Below, in pieces: positions 48,031 to 58,335 of a DNA stretch of 64,000 bases. Location: the NCBI GenBank assembly GCA_050174015.1, contig JBFXKG010000007.1, positions 1 to 64,000 on the forward strand, written 5' to 3'. The notes below the pieces were generated by a model. That model was not told where the DNA came from and did not search any database. It saw only the letters and a list, made by a program, of their open reading frames with translations. Source of the stretch: Candidatus Krumholzibacteriia bacterium (GTDB taxonomy: Bacteria > Krumholzibacteriota > Krumholzibacteriia > LZORAL124-64-63). A program made the translations under genes and the position numbers. The first letter of the stretch is position 1; every line of letters starts with the position of its first letter.

Positions 48031-49413
48031 ATGACCGGTGCCGCCCCCCCGGGGGACCACTTCACCACCGTCCGGGACATCGCCCGGCTCATCGCCGCGC
48101 GAGGCGGCCGCGCCCTCCTGGTGGGCGGTTCGGTCCGTGACCGGCTGCTGGGCCTGGAATCCCCCGATTTCGACCTGGAGGTCTTCGGCATCCAGCCACA
48201 GGACCTGATCGAGCTGCTGGAATCCTTCCACCCCGTCGACCCCACCGGCAGGGCCTTCGGCGTCCTCAAGCTCAAGGGCCTGCCCATCGACGTATCGCTG
48301 CCCAGGCGCGAGTCCAAGATCGGCCTGGGGCACCGGGGATTCCTGGTCGATGCGGATCCCTTCCTCCCGCTGGAGGCCGCCGCCGCCCGCCGGGACTTCA
48401 CCATCAACGCCATCGCCGAGGATCCCCTGACCGGGGAGGTCATCGATCCCTTCCAGGGACGCCGGGACCTCGCGGACCGTATCATGCGCCACACGTCGGA
48501 CCAGTTCGGCGAGGACCCGCTCCGGGTGCTGCGCGGCATGCAGTTCATCGCCCGCTTCGGTCTGACCGCAGCCCCCGAGACGGTCCGCCTCTGCCGGGGC
48601 ATCGGGATGGAAGGGCTCGCACCGGAGCGCATCTTCGAGGAATGGCGCAAGCTCATCCTCACGGGAGAAACGCCTGCGCTGGGCCTGGCATTCCTCCGCG
48701 ACACGGGCTGGATCGACCATTTCCCCGAGCTGAAGGCCCTGATCGGCTGTCCCCAGGACCCCCGCTGGCATCCCGAGGGGGACGTCTGGACCCATACCCT
48801 CCATTGCCTGGACGCCTTCGCGGAGGAACGCACCGGGGACGACCGGGAGGACCTGGTGGTGGGGCTGGCCGTACTCTGCCACGACCTGGGCAAGCCTGCG
48901 ACGACCATCATCGACCCGGATGCCATCCGATCCCTGGGGCATTGCGAGGCGGGGGAGGAGCCGACCCGCGCGTTCCTCGGCCGCATGACCCGTCAGCTGG
49001 ACCTTGTCGAACAGGTCGTCCCCCTGGTGCGGGAACATCTGCGGCCGGAGGAACTCCACAAGGCGGGGGCCGGCGACGGCGCGATCCGCCGCCTGGCGTC
49101 GCGGGTGGGGAGGATCGATCGCCTGGTGAGGGTGGCGCGGGCGGACCGCCGGGGGCGGCCGCCGCTGGAGGACGACTTCCCCGCCGGCCCCTGGCTCCTG
49201 GAGCGGGCCGAGGCCCTGAAGGTCGAGCGCCGGGCCCCGCGGCCCCTGGTGCAGGGCCGGCACCTGATCGCCCTCGGCCGCACGCCGGGACCCGATTTCG
49301 GGCCCATCCTCGACGTCTGCTACGAGGCGCAGCTGGACGGCGCGTTCACCGACGAGGACGGAGGCTTGGCTTACCTGCGCGCCCTCCTCGCCGGAGGGAC
49401 CGACCGACCCTAG
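48031..49413 (+). CDS. cca: CCA-adding tRNA nucleotidyltransferase with HD domain
   Basis: 'VGGSVRD', 'DFDLE', 'RRDFTINA', 'EDPLRVLR', 'HPEGDVWTH', 'CHDLGK'; AAGGAGG RBS. Confidence 0.88.
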   Translation: MTGAAPPGDHFTTVRDIARLIAARGGRALLVGGSVRDRLLGLESPDFDLEVFGIQPQDLIELLESFHPVDPTGRAFGVLKLKGLPIDVSLPRRESKIGLGHRGFLVDADPFLPLEAAAARRDFTINAIAEDPLTGEVIDPFQGRRDLADRIMRHTSDQFGEDPLRVLRGMQFIARFGLTAAPETVRLCRGIGMEGLAPERIFEEWRKLILTGETPALGLAFLRDTGWIDHFPELKALIGCPQDPRWHPEGDVWTHTLHCLDAFAEERTGDDREDLVVGLAVLCHDLGKPATTIIDPDAIRSLGHCEAGEEPTRAFLGRMTRQLDLVEQVVPLVREHLRPEELHKAGAGDGAIRRLASRVGRIDRLVRVARADRRGRPPLEDDFPAGPWLLERAEALKVERRAPRPLVQGRHLIALGRTPGPDFGPILDVCYEAQLDGAFTDEDGGLAYLRALLAGGTDRP

Positions 49414-50423
49414 AAGAAGACCTTCCCGCGGAGCCCCCACATCTCCATCCTGAAGTCATCCACGAGCGTATCGGGATCCCGGTCCAGGATGCAGAAATCG
49501 GCCGCCACTTCCAGCGGCAGCCCGCGCGGCCGGTCCAGGACCATGCCCAATCCCCAGGCCAGGCCGTCGGGTTGCAGTCCGGAGTCCTGGCCGAAGCGGA
49601 ACGCGATGAGTTCCAGCAGCAGCAGTTCCAGGCCGAAGTGGTTGCTGGCGCGGCCGTAGGGCTCGTCGGGCATGATCCGGGCGAACGACAGGGACGTCCG
49701 CACCGGTTGCCGGGCGTACCGGGGGTGGTCGAAACCCGTCGCGAAGGTGAACCCCAGGCGCCAGGCCTCGGGCAGGGGCATTTCCCGGCCGTCGGAGTCG
49801 AGGGTTTCGCCGGTGAGGTTCTGCCGGCTGGCGGTCATCTTCAGGGCGAAATCCCCGCCGGGGTGGACGCCCGGCAGGCACAGGGATGTGCCGAAGTCGT
49901 AGGTGTCGGCCGTTCCGGAGGAGGGGTCCCCATCGTGATGGCGCCTGACGGCCCCGACGGTCCACCGGATGTCCCGTCCCCTGAAGACGAGGTCCCCGAG
50001 GTCGCGGCTGAGGCCCAGGAGGGTGACGCGGTCGGTCCAGGTCCTGAATTCCCCGTCGGGGTCGTACGCCGTCCTGAAGATCCCCTCGAAGGTGAAGCTC
50101 TGCCGGCTGAAATCCAGGCGCCAGCCCCGGTACTCCGCCGAGGCTCCCCAGGAATCGAAGTCCATCTCGTTGGTGTAGGTGGATTGGGCGTAACCACCCC
50201 CGATGCCGTCGCCTCCGGGAAGAGGGGCGGGATTCCGCAACAGGGCTCCCGGACCGGTGTCCCCGGCCAGATCGGCTCCGCCGAGGGCGGCGTTGCGCGG
50301 GCCCTTGAATATGTCCTCCCACATTGTGGCCGTGATGCCGACCTGGGCGAAGCCGGCGGCCGAGGCGAGACCGGGCAGGACCGCGAGCAGGGCGAGCAGG
50401 ATCGTCAGCGAGCGCAGCGTCAT
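49410..50423 (-). CDS. PorV/PorQ-like (FadL-superfamily) outer-membrane beta-barrel protein
   Basis: Signal peptide; 'GPRNAALGGA…ALLRNPA' plug motif; alternating beta strands; 'GLEL…IAFRFG'; terminal Phe. Confidence 0.65.
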   Translation of the reverse strand: MTLRSLTILLALLAVLPGLASAAGFAQVGITATMWEDIFKGPRNAALGGADLAGDTGPGALLRNPAPLPGGDGIGGGYAQSTYTNEMDFDSWGASAEYRGWRLDFSRQSFTFEGIFRTAYDPDGEFRTWTDRVTLLGLSRDLGDLVFRGRDIRWTVGAVRRHHDGDPSSGTADTYDFGTSLCLPGVHPGGDFALKMTASRQNLTGETLDSDGREMPLPEAWRLGFTFATGFDHPRYARQPVRTSLSFARIMPDEPYGRASNHFGLELLLLELIAFRFGQDSGLQPDGLAWGLGMVLDRPRGLPLEVAADFCILDRDPDTLVDDFRMEMWGLRGKVFF

Positions 50424-50491
50424 GAGGTCCACTCCCGAAAAAGAAACCCGGTGGTCACCGGGTTTCAAAATGGTGGAATCCGGGAAACGGG

Positions 50492-53400
50492 TCAAGGATC
50501 GGTGGCCAGGGAGGCCCGTTCCTTCCGGCCGCGGGTCCGCAGCCAGCGCCACAGCCGGGCGAAACCCCAACCCCACCGCGTGAAGATCCAGTAGAAGGCG
50601 GGGAGGGCGCTGAGGATCAGCACGGTGCTGCTGGTCAAACCGCCGATGGAGCTCAACGCCAGGTTCTCCCAGATGTCCTTGCCGCCGGTCAGGTCCTTCT
50701 TGTAGAGCAGGGGCAGCAGGCCGGCGATGGTGGTGCCGCTGGTCAGCAGGATCGAACGCATCTGGATGCGCACGCCCTGCAGGATGGCGTCCCGCAGGAT
50801 TCCCTGGCGCTCAGGTCCCGGCAGGCGCCACAGGTCGAATCCCCCGGACCGGTCCTTGGCCGGGACCTGGTCGGGGCCCAGGCCCCGTCCGGCCACGATC
50901 TCGCGCACCTGCAACCGGAACCGATTGATCAGCAGGATGGCGTTGTTGACCACGATGCCGAACATCAGGATCAGTCCGATCTTGGCCGACGAGTCGAACT
51001 CGCTGCCGGTGGCCCAGAAGATGCCGGCCACCCCCGACAGGGCCATGGGCACCGAGAGCAGGACCAGCAGCGGCAGGAAGAAGCTCTCGAACATGGCCGC
51101 CAGGGCCATGAAGATGAAGGCGAGGGTGAGCCACAGGGTGGCCTGGAGTTCCTCCTCCTCCTCCTCGGACATCTGCTGGCCGCTCATGTCCTCCACCGTG
51201 TACCCGTAGGGCAGCTCGATCCCGGCGATGATGTCGGCGATGAACTGACGCCGCATGCGGTCGGTGCCGATGTACTCCCAGTTGATGAGCTGGCTGTACC
51301 GCTGGTCGTGGCGGTTGATGCTGCTGATCTCGGGCCGCTGCTCGATGCGGATCAGCCGCCCCAGCTGGACCTTCTGGCCCCGGCTGGTGGTCATGGTGCG
51401 CCCGAGGATCTGGTCGTACTCGATCTCGTCCGCGTCGTCGAAGGTCAGCATCAGGCGCTGGTCCTCGCCGTCGAGCACCATGTGCCAGGGCTGTTCCACG
51501 CCCAGCAGGCGGCGGATGTGGCCCATGACCTCGGCCATGCTCAGGCGGTGCCGGGCCAGGGCCTCGCGGTCGAGGATGACCACGGTCTCGTCGGTCGAAG
51601 CCCGGCTGAACTGGTCCCCGCTGGTCAACCGCGGGTTGCGTACCCGCCGGTTGCGCTCGAGGCGCGCCACCACCCCGTCGCTGATCTCCTTGAGCTTCTT
51701 GCTGTTGTAGCCGTCGAGGCGGATGGTGGAATTGGACTGCCCGCCCCCCCGGCCGCCCTTCATGTAGGGGTCGCCGAACCCGTTGATCCAGATGAACATG
51801 CCGCCGAGCTCCTCGGCCAGCACGATGAACTGGTTGCGGAACATCTCTGGGTAGGCCGACTTGAGCAGGTCGTCCTCGAACTCGAGATTGATCCAGGAGC
51901 GGTTCTGGTACGCGCCGCTGCGCATGTGGGCGCCTTCGGGCAGGGGCAGGACCTCGTCCTCGAACAGGGCGATGGTGGCGCTGCTGAGCTTCACGTCCGT
52001 TCCGACCGGACGCTCGCAGTAGACCACGATCTGCTCCTTGGGCTGGGGGCGCCAGAACCCCCCGGTGCGCACCTTCTCCTTGAAGACGTAGCCGGTTCCG
52101 GCGAACAGGGCCAGGGACACCACCACCGGATAGAACCAGAACCGGGTGTGCAGCCGGGTCAGGCCCTCGGCGTAGCTGACGAAGACCCCCACGCCCAGCA
52201 ACAGGCCGCCGCAGGCCGCGATCCAGGGCAGGATATCGACCGCCGTGTGATTACCCTTCCAGGTCCAGGCGCCTGCGAAGCCGCAGACCGCGAGAATCAG
52301 GATGCCCAGACCCCAGCGCCAGAGCATGGGCCAGCCGGTCAGGCCGAACTCGTCGGCCCCGGCGTCGCTCTGTCGCATCTCCTTCCCCGCGGGACCGCGC
52401 AGGGCCACCGGGATCCAGCAGAAGGCCACGAAGATGCTGGCCAGCATGGCGATGCCCACGCTGATGGCCAGGGGCACGTAGAACAGGGACAGGCGGTCGG
52501 TCATGAAGATGAACGACAGGAAGGCCACCACCGTGGTCAGGGTGGTGGCCATGATGGGGAAGGCCACCTCGCGGGTCCCCTTGATCAGGGCGTTGCGGCT
52601 GTCGGAGTGTTTGTTGCCGGAAAGCCTTCGGTGGATGGCGTCCAGCACCAGGATGCTGTTGTCCAGCAGCATGCCGAAGCTCACGGTCAGCCCGCTGATG
52701 GTGATGAAGTTCACCGAGACGCCGAAGAAGTAGAACAGCGAGAGGCAGATCACGATGGCCAGCAGGATGGAGAAGATGACGATGGCCGTCAGCCTCACCC
52801 GCTTCAACGCCACCGCCAGCATGGCGAACAGGAAGCCCAGGATCACCAGCGAACGGATCACCAGTTCCTCCAGCTTCTCCTCCAGATCCTCCCCCTCGTC
52901 CTGGTCCACCTCGAAGGTCAGGGGGAAGGGGGCCGTCCCGGCGATGCGGGGCAGTTCTTCCCGCAACCGCCGGCTGACCGAGATCGAGTTCTGGCCGCTG
53001 CGCTTGGTCACGCTCATGGTGACCACGTTCTCGCCGTTGATGCGGCTGAAGTAGGCGATGTCCTCGAAGTCGGGCCTCACCTCGGCCACCGTGCCCAGCA
53101 GGATGGGCTGGCCCCCGAGGGTCCGCAGGATGGTGCTCGAGATCATCTCGAGTGACACGTCGTCGCGCACGCTGACCGTCAGCTCGTAGCCGCTGCGGCG
53201 GACGGCGCCGGCGGGGATGATGTCGTCCAGCGAGTTGAGGCGGTCGACGATCCGGTCGGCGGTCAGGCCGTAGCGCTCCATCAGCTCCAGGTTGAGCAGG
53301 ATGCGCACCAGGGGCCGGGCCCCGCCGCGCAGCTCGGCGTCGGCCACCCCGGGAATGGACAGGAACCGCGGCACGAGCCAGGTCTCCGCCCGGTCCCGCA

Positions 53401-53857
53401 ATTCGTTGATGGGCAAGGGGGAGATCAGGCTGACGCTGAAGAAGTCCTGGGTGCGGAGCTCCTCCGGGACGTAGGGCCGGATGAAGGGCTGGCCGGCCTG
53501 GGCCGGCAGATTGCGGCGCACGGCGCCCAGGCGCTCGCTCAGCTCCAGCCGGGCGAATTCCATGTCGGTGCCGCGCTTGTACTTCACCGTGACCGAGCTC
53601 TGGCTGTGCCGGGACTGGGAATCGATGTCCTCGACGCCGTGGCAGCCGGCGACGGCCTCCTCGATGGGCAGGGTGATCGAGCGCTGGATGGCGCTGGGGG
53701 AGGCCCCGTTCCAACCGGTGACGATGGAAAGCTCGGGCAGCTCGGTCTCGGGCATGGCCTCGATGTTCAGCTTCGGCAGCGCGTACAGGCCGGTGACGAT
53801 CAACGCCGTGAACAGCATCCAGGTCGCCACGGGATGATCGACGGCGAAGCGGATCAT
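50492..53857 (-). CDS. AcrB/AcrD/AcrF-family RND permease B
   Basis: 'GMLLDNSILVLD', 'ATTLTTVVAF', 'FESFFLP', 'GIVVNNAILL', 'RSILLT'. Confidence 0.92.
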   Translation of the reverse strand: MIRFAVDHPVATWMLFTALIVTGLYALPKLNIEAMPETELPELSIVTGWNGASPSAIQRSITLPIEEAVAGCHGVEDIDSQSRHSQSSVTVKYKRGTDMEFARLELSERLGAVRRNLPAQAGQPFIRPYVPEELRTQDFFSVSLISPLPINELRDRAETWLVPRFLSIPGVADAELRGGARPLVRILLNLELMERYGLTADRIVDRLNSLDDIIPAGAVRRSGYELTVSVRDDVSLEMISSTILRTLGGQPILLGTVAEVRPDFEDIAYFSRINGENVVTMSVTKRSGQNSISVSRRLREELPRIAGTAPFPLTFEVDQDEGEDLEEKLEELVIRSLVILGFLFAMLAVALKRVRLTAIVIFSILLAIVICLSLFYFFGVSVNFITISGLTVSFGMLLDNSILVLDAIHRRLSGNKHSDSRNALIKGTREVAFPIMATTLTTVVAFLSFIFMTDRLSLFYVPLAISVGIAMLASIFVAFCWIPVALRGPAGKEMRQSDAGADEFGLTGWPMLWRWGLGILILAVCGFAGAWTWKGNHTAVDILPWIAACGGLLLGVGVFVSYAEGLTRLHTRFWFYPVVVSLALFAGTGYVFKEKVRTGGFWRPQPKEQIVVYCERPVGTDVKLSSATIALFEDEVLPLPEGAHMRSGAYQNRSWINLEFEDDLLKSAYPEMFRNQFIVLAEELGGMFIWINGFGDPYMKGGRGGGQSNSTIRLDGYNSKKLKEISDGVVARLERNRRVRNPRLTSGDQFSRASTDETVVILDREALARHRLSMAEVMGHIRRLLGVEQPWHMVLDGEDQRLMLTFDDADEIEYDQILGRTMTTSRGQKVQLGRLIRIEQRPEISSINRHDQRYSQLINWEYIGTDRMRRQFIADIIAGIELPYGYTVEDMSGQQMSEEEEEELQATLWLTLAFIFMALAAMFESFFLPLLVLLSVPMALSGVAGIFWATGSEFDSSAKIGLILMFGIVVNNAILLINRFRLQVREIVAGRGLGPDQVPAKDRSGGFDLWRLPGPERQGILRDAILQGVRIQMRSILLTSGTTIAGLLPLLYKKDLTGGKDIWENLALSSIGGLTSSTVLILSALPAFYWIFTRWGWGFARLWRWLRTRGRKERASLATDP

Positions 53858-56800
53858 CGCCCGTACTCCTTGTCGATCCGGCGGTGCAGCAGTTCGTACG
53901 CCACGGGCGTCAGGAAGAGGGTCAGCATGGTGGCGATGCTCAGACCCCCGATGATGGTGATGGCCAGCGGCCGCTGCATCTGCTCGCCCGTGCCCAGGCC
54001 CAGGCCCATGGGCACCATGGCCAGGACCGTGGTCACTGTCGTCATCAGGATGGGCTTGAACCGCAGGTTGCTGGCCTCGAGGATGGCTTCGCGCCCGCCC
54101 AGACCGTCCTCCATGCGCAGGCGGCGGATGGTTGCCACCTTCACGATGGCGTCGTTCACCGCGATCCCCAGCAGTGCGATCATGCCGATCAGGGAGATGA
54201 TGTTCATGGTCTGCCCGGTGAGCAGCAGGGTGACCAGGGCGCCGGCCACGCCGACCGGCAGCACCGCCGAGATGATCAGCGGATCGAGGAACGATTCGAA
54301 CTGCGCGGCGAGGATCATGTAGACCAGCAGCGCCGAGAGCAGCAGGGCGTAACCCAGGTCGCGGAAGCTGTTGGTGATCTCCTCCTGCTCGCCCCCCGTG
54401 ACGAAGGCGGCGCCCTCGGGCACGTCCAGGGACGCCAGCAGGGCGTCCACGTCATGCCAGACGTCGGCGAGGCTGCGGCCCGTCACGTCGCCCGCCAGGG
54501 TGATCTGGCGTCTCTGGTCCAGCCGCACGATCTCCCTCACGGGGGTCCCGGTGGTCTGGATCACGAAGGACCCCAGGGGGACGGTCTTGCCCTCGCCCAC
54601 CTGGACCGGCGAGGCCAGCACGGAGGACAGATCGTAGCGGAGGTCGCGGGGCAGCCGGACGGCGATGTCGATGCGCTGTTCGATCTCGTTGTAGGTCGTC
54701 GCCACGGTGCCCTGGATGCGGTTGCGCAGTTCGCGGGCCAGGGCGTCGGGCTCCAGGCCGTAGCGCAGGGCCAGTTCGCGGTCCACGGTGACCTCGACCG
54801 TGGGATTGCCGAGCACGCGGTCCATCTCCACGTCCTGCAGGCCCTCGATGGCCTGCAACCGCGGCAGCAGGGTTTCGGCCAGGGCCAGGGCCTGTTCGCC
54901 CTTCTCGGCGACGATGCCGAGGGTGAAGGACGCCTCGCCGCTGGCGAGGATCTCGCGCAGGCCCACCCCTTCCTCCCGGAACACGAAGACCGCTCCCTGC
55001 AGGGCGTCGAGCCGGGGCTGCAGGCGCTCGCGCACGCGATCGAGATCCTCCCGGCCGTGACGGCTGGGATGCAGCATGACCCGGATGCGGGCCGTGTTGG
55101 CGGCGCTGTACTCCTTGAGGCTGGCCAGCGTCTTCTCGGTGATGCCGACCTGGGCGTAGACCGTCTCCACCTCGGGCATCGGCGCCAGGAATTCGGCCAG
55201 CTCCGCGGCCTTGTCGTACGTCATCTCCAGGGGAGTCCCGGCGGGCAGTTCCATGGCCAGGGTGAAGTCCCCGCGCGTGCGGTCGGGCATGAAGGCCATC
55301 CGCATGCCGGAGGCCAGCCACCCGGAGGCGGCCAGGGCGACGACCAGCACGGCCAGGAAGACGGCCTTGTGCTCGAGGACCCGTTCCAGGGCGGTGTGGT
55401 AACGCCGGCGCACGGCCTCGAAGGCGGCGTCGAAGGGCCGGAAGATGAGGCTGGGCCTGTCTCCCGGGGCCTTGAGGATGTGCGCGGAAAGCATGGGCTG
55501 CAGCAGCAGGGCGGCGAAGATGGACACCACGAGCGAGATCGTCACGGTCAGGGCCTGGTCCCGGAAGAACTCGCCGGCGATGCCCGGCACGTAGATGACC
55601 GGGAAGAACACCGCGACCGTGGTCAAGGTGGCGGCGATCACCGGGGAGGCCACCTCGGCGGCGGCGGAGGCGCACACGTCGGCGGTGGACCTGGCCGTCC
55701 CGCGGGCCAGCCTGAGGTGCCGGTTGATGTTCTCGAGCACCACGATGGAGTTGTCCACGAGCATGCCGGCGGCCAGGGACAGGCCGCCCAGGGACATGAG
55801 GTTCAGGCTCACGTCCGCGAAGTAGAGGAACGCGAAGGTCGTGATGATGGACACGGGGATGGCCAGGCCGACCACCACCGGGCTGCGGAAGTCCATCAGG
55901 GACAAGAACAGCACGATCAGGGCGAGGATCCCCCCCAGCAGCAGGGAGTTCCACAGACCCTCGAAGCTCTCCTGGACGAAGTCGGCGTCGCGGTAGATGA
56001 AGGAGTACGAGAGGGCCGGATACTGGTCCTTCAGGATGCCCAGGACCTTGTCCACTTCCGCGGTGGTCTCGATGGTGTTCTCGCCGACCTCCTTGTACAG
56101 GTGCAGGGACACCACCTCCAGGGCGCCGAAGAGGGTCGCCCCCTCGGGCTCCTTGGTCGTGTCCTCCACCACGGCCACGTCGCCGATGGTGATGCCGGGG
56201 CCGGCGGCCGGGATCTCGGTGGCCCTGATCTCGTCCAGGTTCTCGAATTCCCCCAGGATGCGCAGGGGCAGGTGCAGCGGCCCCTTGCGGATCCGCCCGC
56301 CGGGGAAGCTGATGTTGGCCACGCGCAGGGCGCCGGCCAGGTCCTCCATGGTCAGGTCGTACAGCCGCAGCTTGCCGAAGTCGGGCTGCACCAGGATCTC
56401 CCGCTCCGCCCCGCCGATCACCTCGGCCTGGCTCACGCCGTTGATCTGCTCGAGCGCCGGCTTGACCACCTCGCGGGCGAACTCCGTCACCCGCGCCATG
56501 GGATCGTCGCCCTCGAGCACCATGATGGCGATGGGGCGGGCGCTGGGATCCCACCGCAGGATCAAGGGCCGGTCGGCCGCCTCGGGGAAGTCCTCCTGGT
56601 AGCTGACCCGGTCGATGGCCTCGCGCAGGTGCAGGTTGGCGAAGTCCATCTCCGTTCCCCACTCGTACTGGACGGTGATGGTGGAGACGCCCTCGCGGGT
56701 CTTGCTGACCACGCGCCGCACGCCCGCCAGACCGGTGATGACCTCTTCGAGGGGCTGGGTCACCAGCCGGGTCAGGTCGTCGGCGGGCGTGTCGGCGTAG

Positions 56801-56946
56801 TTGGTGATGACCGTCAGGTTGGGATAGTTGATGGCCGGCAGCAGATCCACGGACAGGCGCTCGCGGGCCTGCAGGCCGATCAGGACCAGGCCGGCGAAAA
56901 GCATCAGGATGGCGACGGGCCGGCGGACGGCGGTCTGGATGATCAT
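53854..56946 (-). CDS. AcrB/AcrD/AcrF-family RND permease A
   Basis: 'VRRPVA', 'GMLVDNSIVVLENI', 'AAQFES', 'GIAVNDAI', 'RFKPILMTT'; ATGA overlaps at both ends. Confidence 0.94.
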   Translation of the reverse strand: MIIQTAVRRPVAILMLFAGLVLIGLQARERLSVDLLPAINYPNLTVITNYADTPADDLTRLVTQPLEEVITGLAGVRRVVSKTREGVSTITVQYEWGTEMDFANLHLREAIDRVSYQEDFPEAADRPLILRWDPSARPIAIMVLEGDDPMARVTEFAREVVKPALEQINGVSQAEVIGGAEREILVQPDFGKLRLYDLTMEDLAGALRVANISFPGGRIRKGPLHLPLRILGEFENLDEIRATEIPAAGPGITIGDVAVVEDTTKEPEGATLFGALEVVSLHLYKEVGENTIETTAEVDKVLGILKDQYPALSYSFIYRDADFVQESFEGLWNSLLLGGILALIVLFLSLMDFRSPVVVGLAIPVSIITTFAFLYFADVSLNLMSLGGLSLAAGMLVDNSIVVLENINRHLRLARGTARSTADVCASAAAEVASPVIAATLTTVAVFFPVIYVPGIAGEFFRDQALTVTISLVVSIFAALLLQPMLSAHILKAPGDRPSLIFRPFDAAFEAVRRRYHTALERVLEHKAVFLAVLVVALAASGWLASGMRMAFMPDRTRGDFTLAMELPAGTPLEMTYDKAAELAEFLAPMPEVETVYAQVGITEKTLASLKEYSAANTARIRVMLHPSRHGREDLDRVRERLQPRLDALQGAVFVFREEGVGLREILASGEASFTLGIVAEKGEQALALAETLLPRLQAIEGLQDVEMDRVLGNPTVEVTVDRELALRYGLEPDALARELRNRIQGTVATTYNEIEQRIDIAVRLPRDLRYDLSSVLASPVQVGEGKTVPLGSFVIQTTGTPVREIVRLDQRRQITLAGDVTGRSLADVWHDVDALLASLDVPEGAAFVTGGEQEEITNSFRDLGYALLLSALLVYMILAAQFESFLDPLIISAVLPVGVAGALVTLLLTGQTMNIISLIGMIALLGIAVNDAIVKVATIRRLRMEDGLGGREAILEASNLRFKPILMTTVTTVLAMVPMGLGLGTGEQMQRPLAITIIGGLSIATMLTLFLTPVAYELLHRRIDKEYGR

Positions 56947-58307
56947 CGAGAGCCGCCTTCTCCTGCGGAGGCGAAGTCCCAGCGGTCGCTGGGCGGGATG
57001 CTCTTGCGCACCTTGATCCTGGCCTCGTGGGCCAGGGTCAGGTGGTCGCTGACGACCACCTCGTCGCCGGGGGCCAGGGAACCGCCGCTGTGGACGGCCG
57101 TGATCTCGACCCACTCGTCGTTCTGCAGTCCGACGTCCACATACAGCCAGCGGGCGCGATCGTCCTCGCGCTTGAAGACCAGGGGCCGGTTGTCCCGCAG
57201 CAGCAGGGCGTCCTTGGGGGCGAGGAGCTTGTCGTGGTAGACGATGCCCGCGATCTGGGCGCGCACGAACATGCCGGGCCGGAAGCGGCCCTCGGGATTG
57301 GCGAACCGGACCAGGACCTCGCAGGTGCGCGAGGCCTGGTCGAGCGACGGGCTGATCACGTCCACGCTCGCCTTCAGGGTGTCGCCGGTGGCGGGGATGG
57401 CCAGCAGGACGGGGCGACCGATCTCCAGGTCGCCGAGGTCGGCTTCCAGGACGTTCACCGCCGCCTCGAGCTGATCGTTGTTGTAGAGGGTGCAGAAGAC
57501 CGCGCCGACCGGGACGATCTCCCCGGCGACGAGGTTCCGGTTGCTGACGATGCCGGCGAAGGGCGCCTTGATCTCGGTGTACTCGAGGTTCAGGCGGGCG
57601 CGTTCCTCGGCCATGCGGGCCTCGGCCAGGCCGGTGCGCTGCTCGAAGACGGCCTCGCGGAAGGCTCCGTCCTGCAGGGCGCCCATCTCCAGTTCCAGCA
57701 GCCGGTTCTGGTATTCCTCGCGGGTGATGGTCCCCTTGCGGACCAGGTCGTCCAGCTGGTCGCGGCCGGTGGTGAACTGCCGGACCGCGGCGTGGTTGAC
57801 GGTGAAGGTGTCGGCCTCGGCGGCCATCTGGCTGAGGGCCTCCAGGTGCCGGTAGCGGCTCTCCTGCAGGGCGATCTCGTACTCGCGGGAATCGATCCTG
57901 GCCAGCACCTGGCCCTTGCGCACGCGGTCGCCGTCGCGCACCAGGACCGCCAGCAGTTCGCCCCCGACCTTGGTCTTGATCTCGACGCTCTGGGGGGTGC
58001 GGACCGCGCCGTCCGCATACACCGGCAACACGAGGTCGCCGAGGCGGATCCGTCCCGTGTTCACGGAAATGGACTTCTCCTTCTTGGCTTCGTCCTCCCC
58101 CTCTTCCTCCTCCGCGCCGGAGGCATCGGCGGTCTCGAGGCTGTCCGCTGCGGCGCCCGCGTCCGATTCCTCTGCCGCATCCCCTCCCCCGGAACACCCG
58201 GACAGCAGGGGCAGGGCCGGAAGTGAGACGGCAAGCAGCAGCACCAGAAGGATCGACCGGCAGCGGGGGAGGAGGGGAGTTCCGGGGACGTTCAGGTTCA
58301 GTTCCAT
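56943..58307 (-). CDS. RND periplasmic adaptor subunit, lipoprotein
   Basis: LSG-C lipobox; 'VRDGDRVRKGQVL', 'IKAPFAG', 'FRPGMF'. Confidence 0.9.
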   Translation of the reverse strand: MELNLNVPGTPLLPRCRSILLVLLLAVSLPALPLLSGCSGGGDAAEESDAGAAADSLETADASGAEEEEGEDEAKKEKSISVNTGRIRLGDLVLPVYADGAVRTPQSVEIKTKVGGELLAVLVRDGDRVRKGQVLARIDSREYEIALQESRYRHLEALSQMAAEADTFTVNHAAVRQFTTGRDQLDDLVRKGTITREEYQNRLLELEMGALQDGAFREAVFEQRTGLAEARMAEERARLNLEYTEIKAPFAGIVSNRNLVAGEIVPVGAVFCTLYNNDQLEAAVNVLEADLGDLEIGRPVLLAIPATGDTLKASVDVISPSLDQASRTCEVLVRFANPEGRFRPGMFVRAQIAGIVYHDKLLAPKDALLLRDNRPLVFKREDDRARWLYVDVGLQNDEWVEITAVHSGGSLAPGDEVVVSDHLTLAHEARIKVRKSIPPSDRWDFASAGEGGSR

Positions 58308-58335
58308 GGTCAGCCTTTCCAGCTTCCGGTCACGA

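Noticed and set aside
48031..49413. Poly(A) polymerase or defence-type nucleotidyltransferase
   Set aside because: Class II CCA motifs plus an HD domain fit a housekeeping tRNA nucleotidyltransferase; no effector genes nearby
53854..58197. 1447-aa giant RND protein
   Set aside because: The N-terminal extension is an off-frame read of the adaptor gene; the permease starts at ATG 56946
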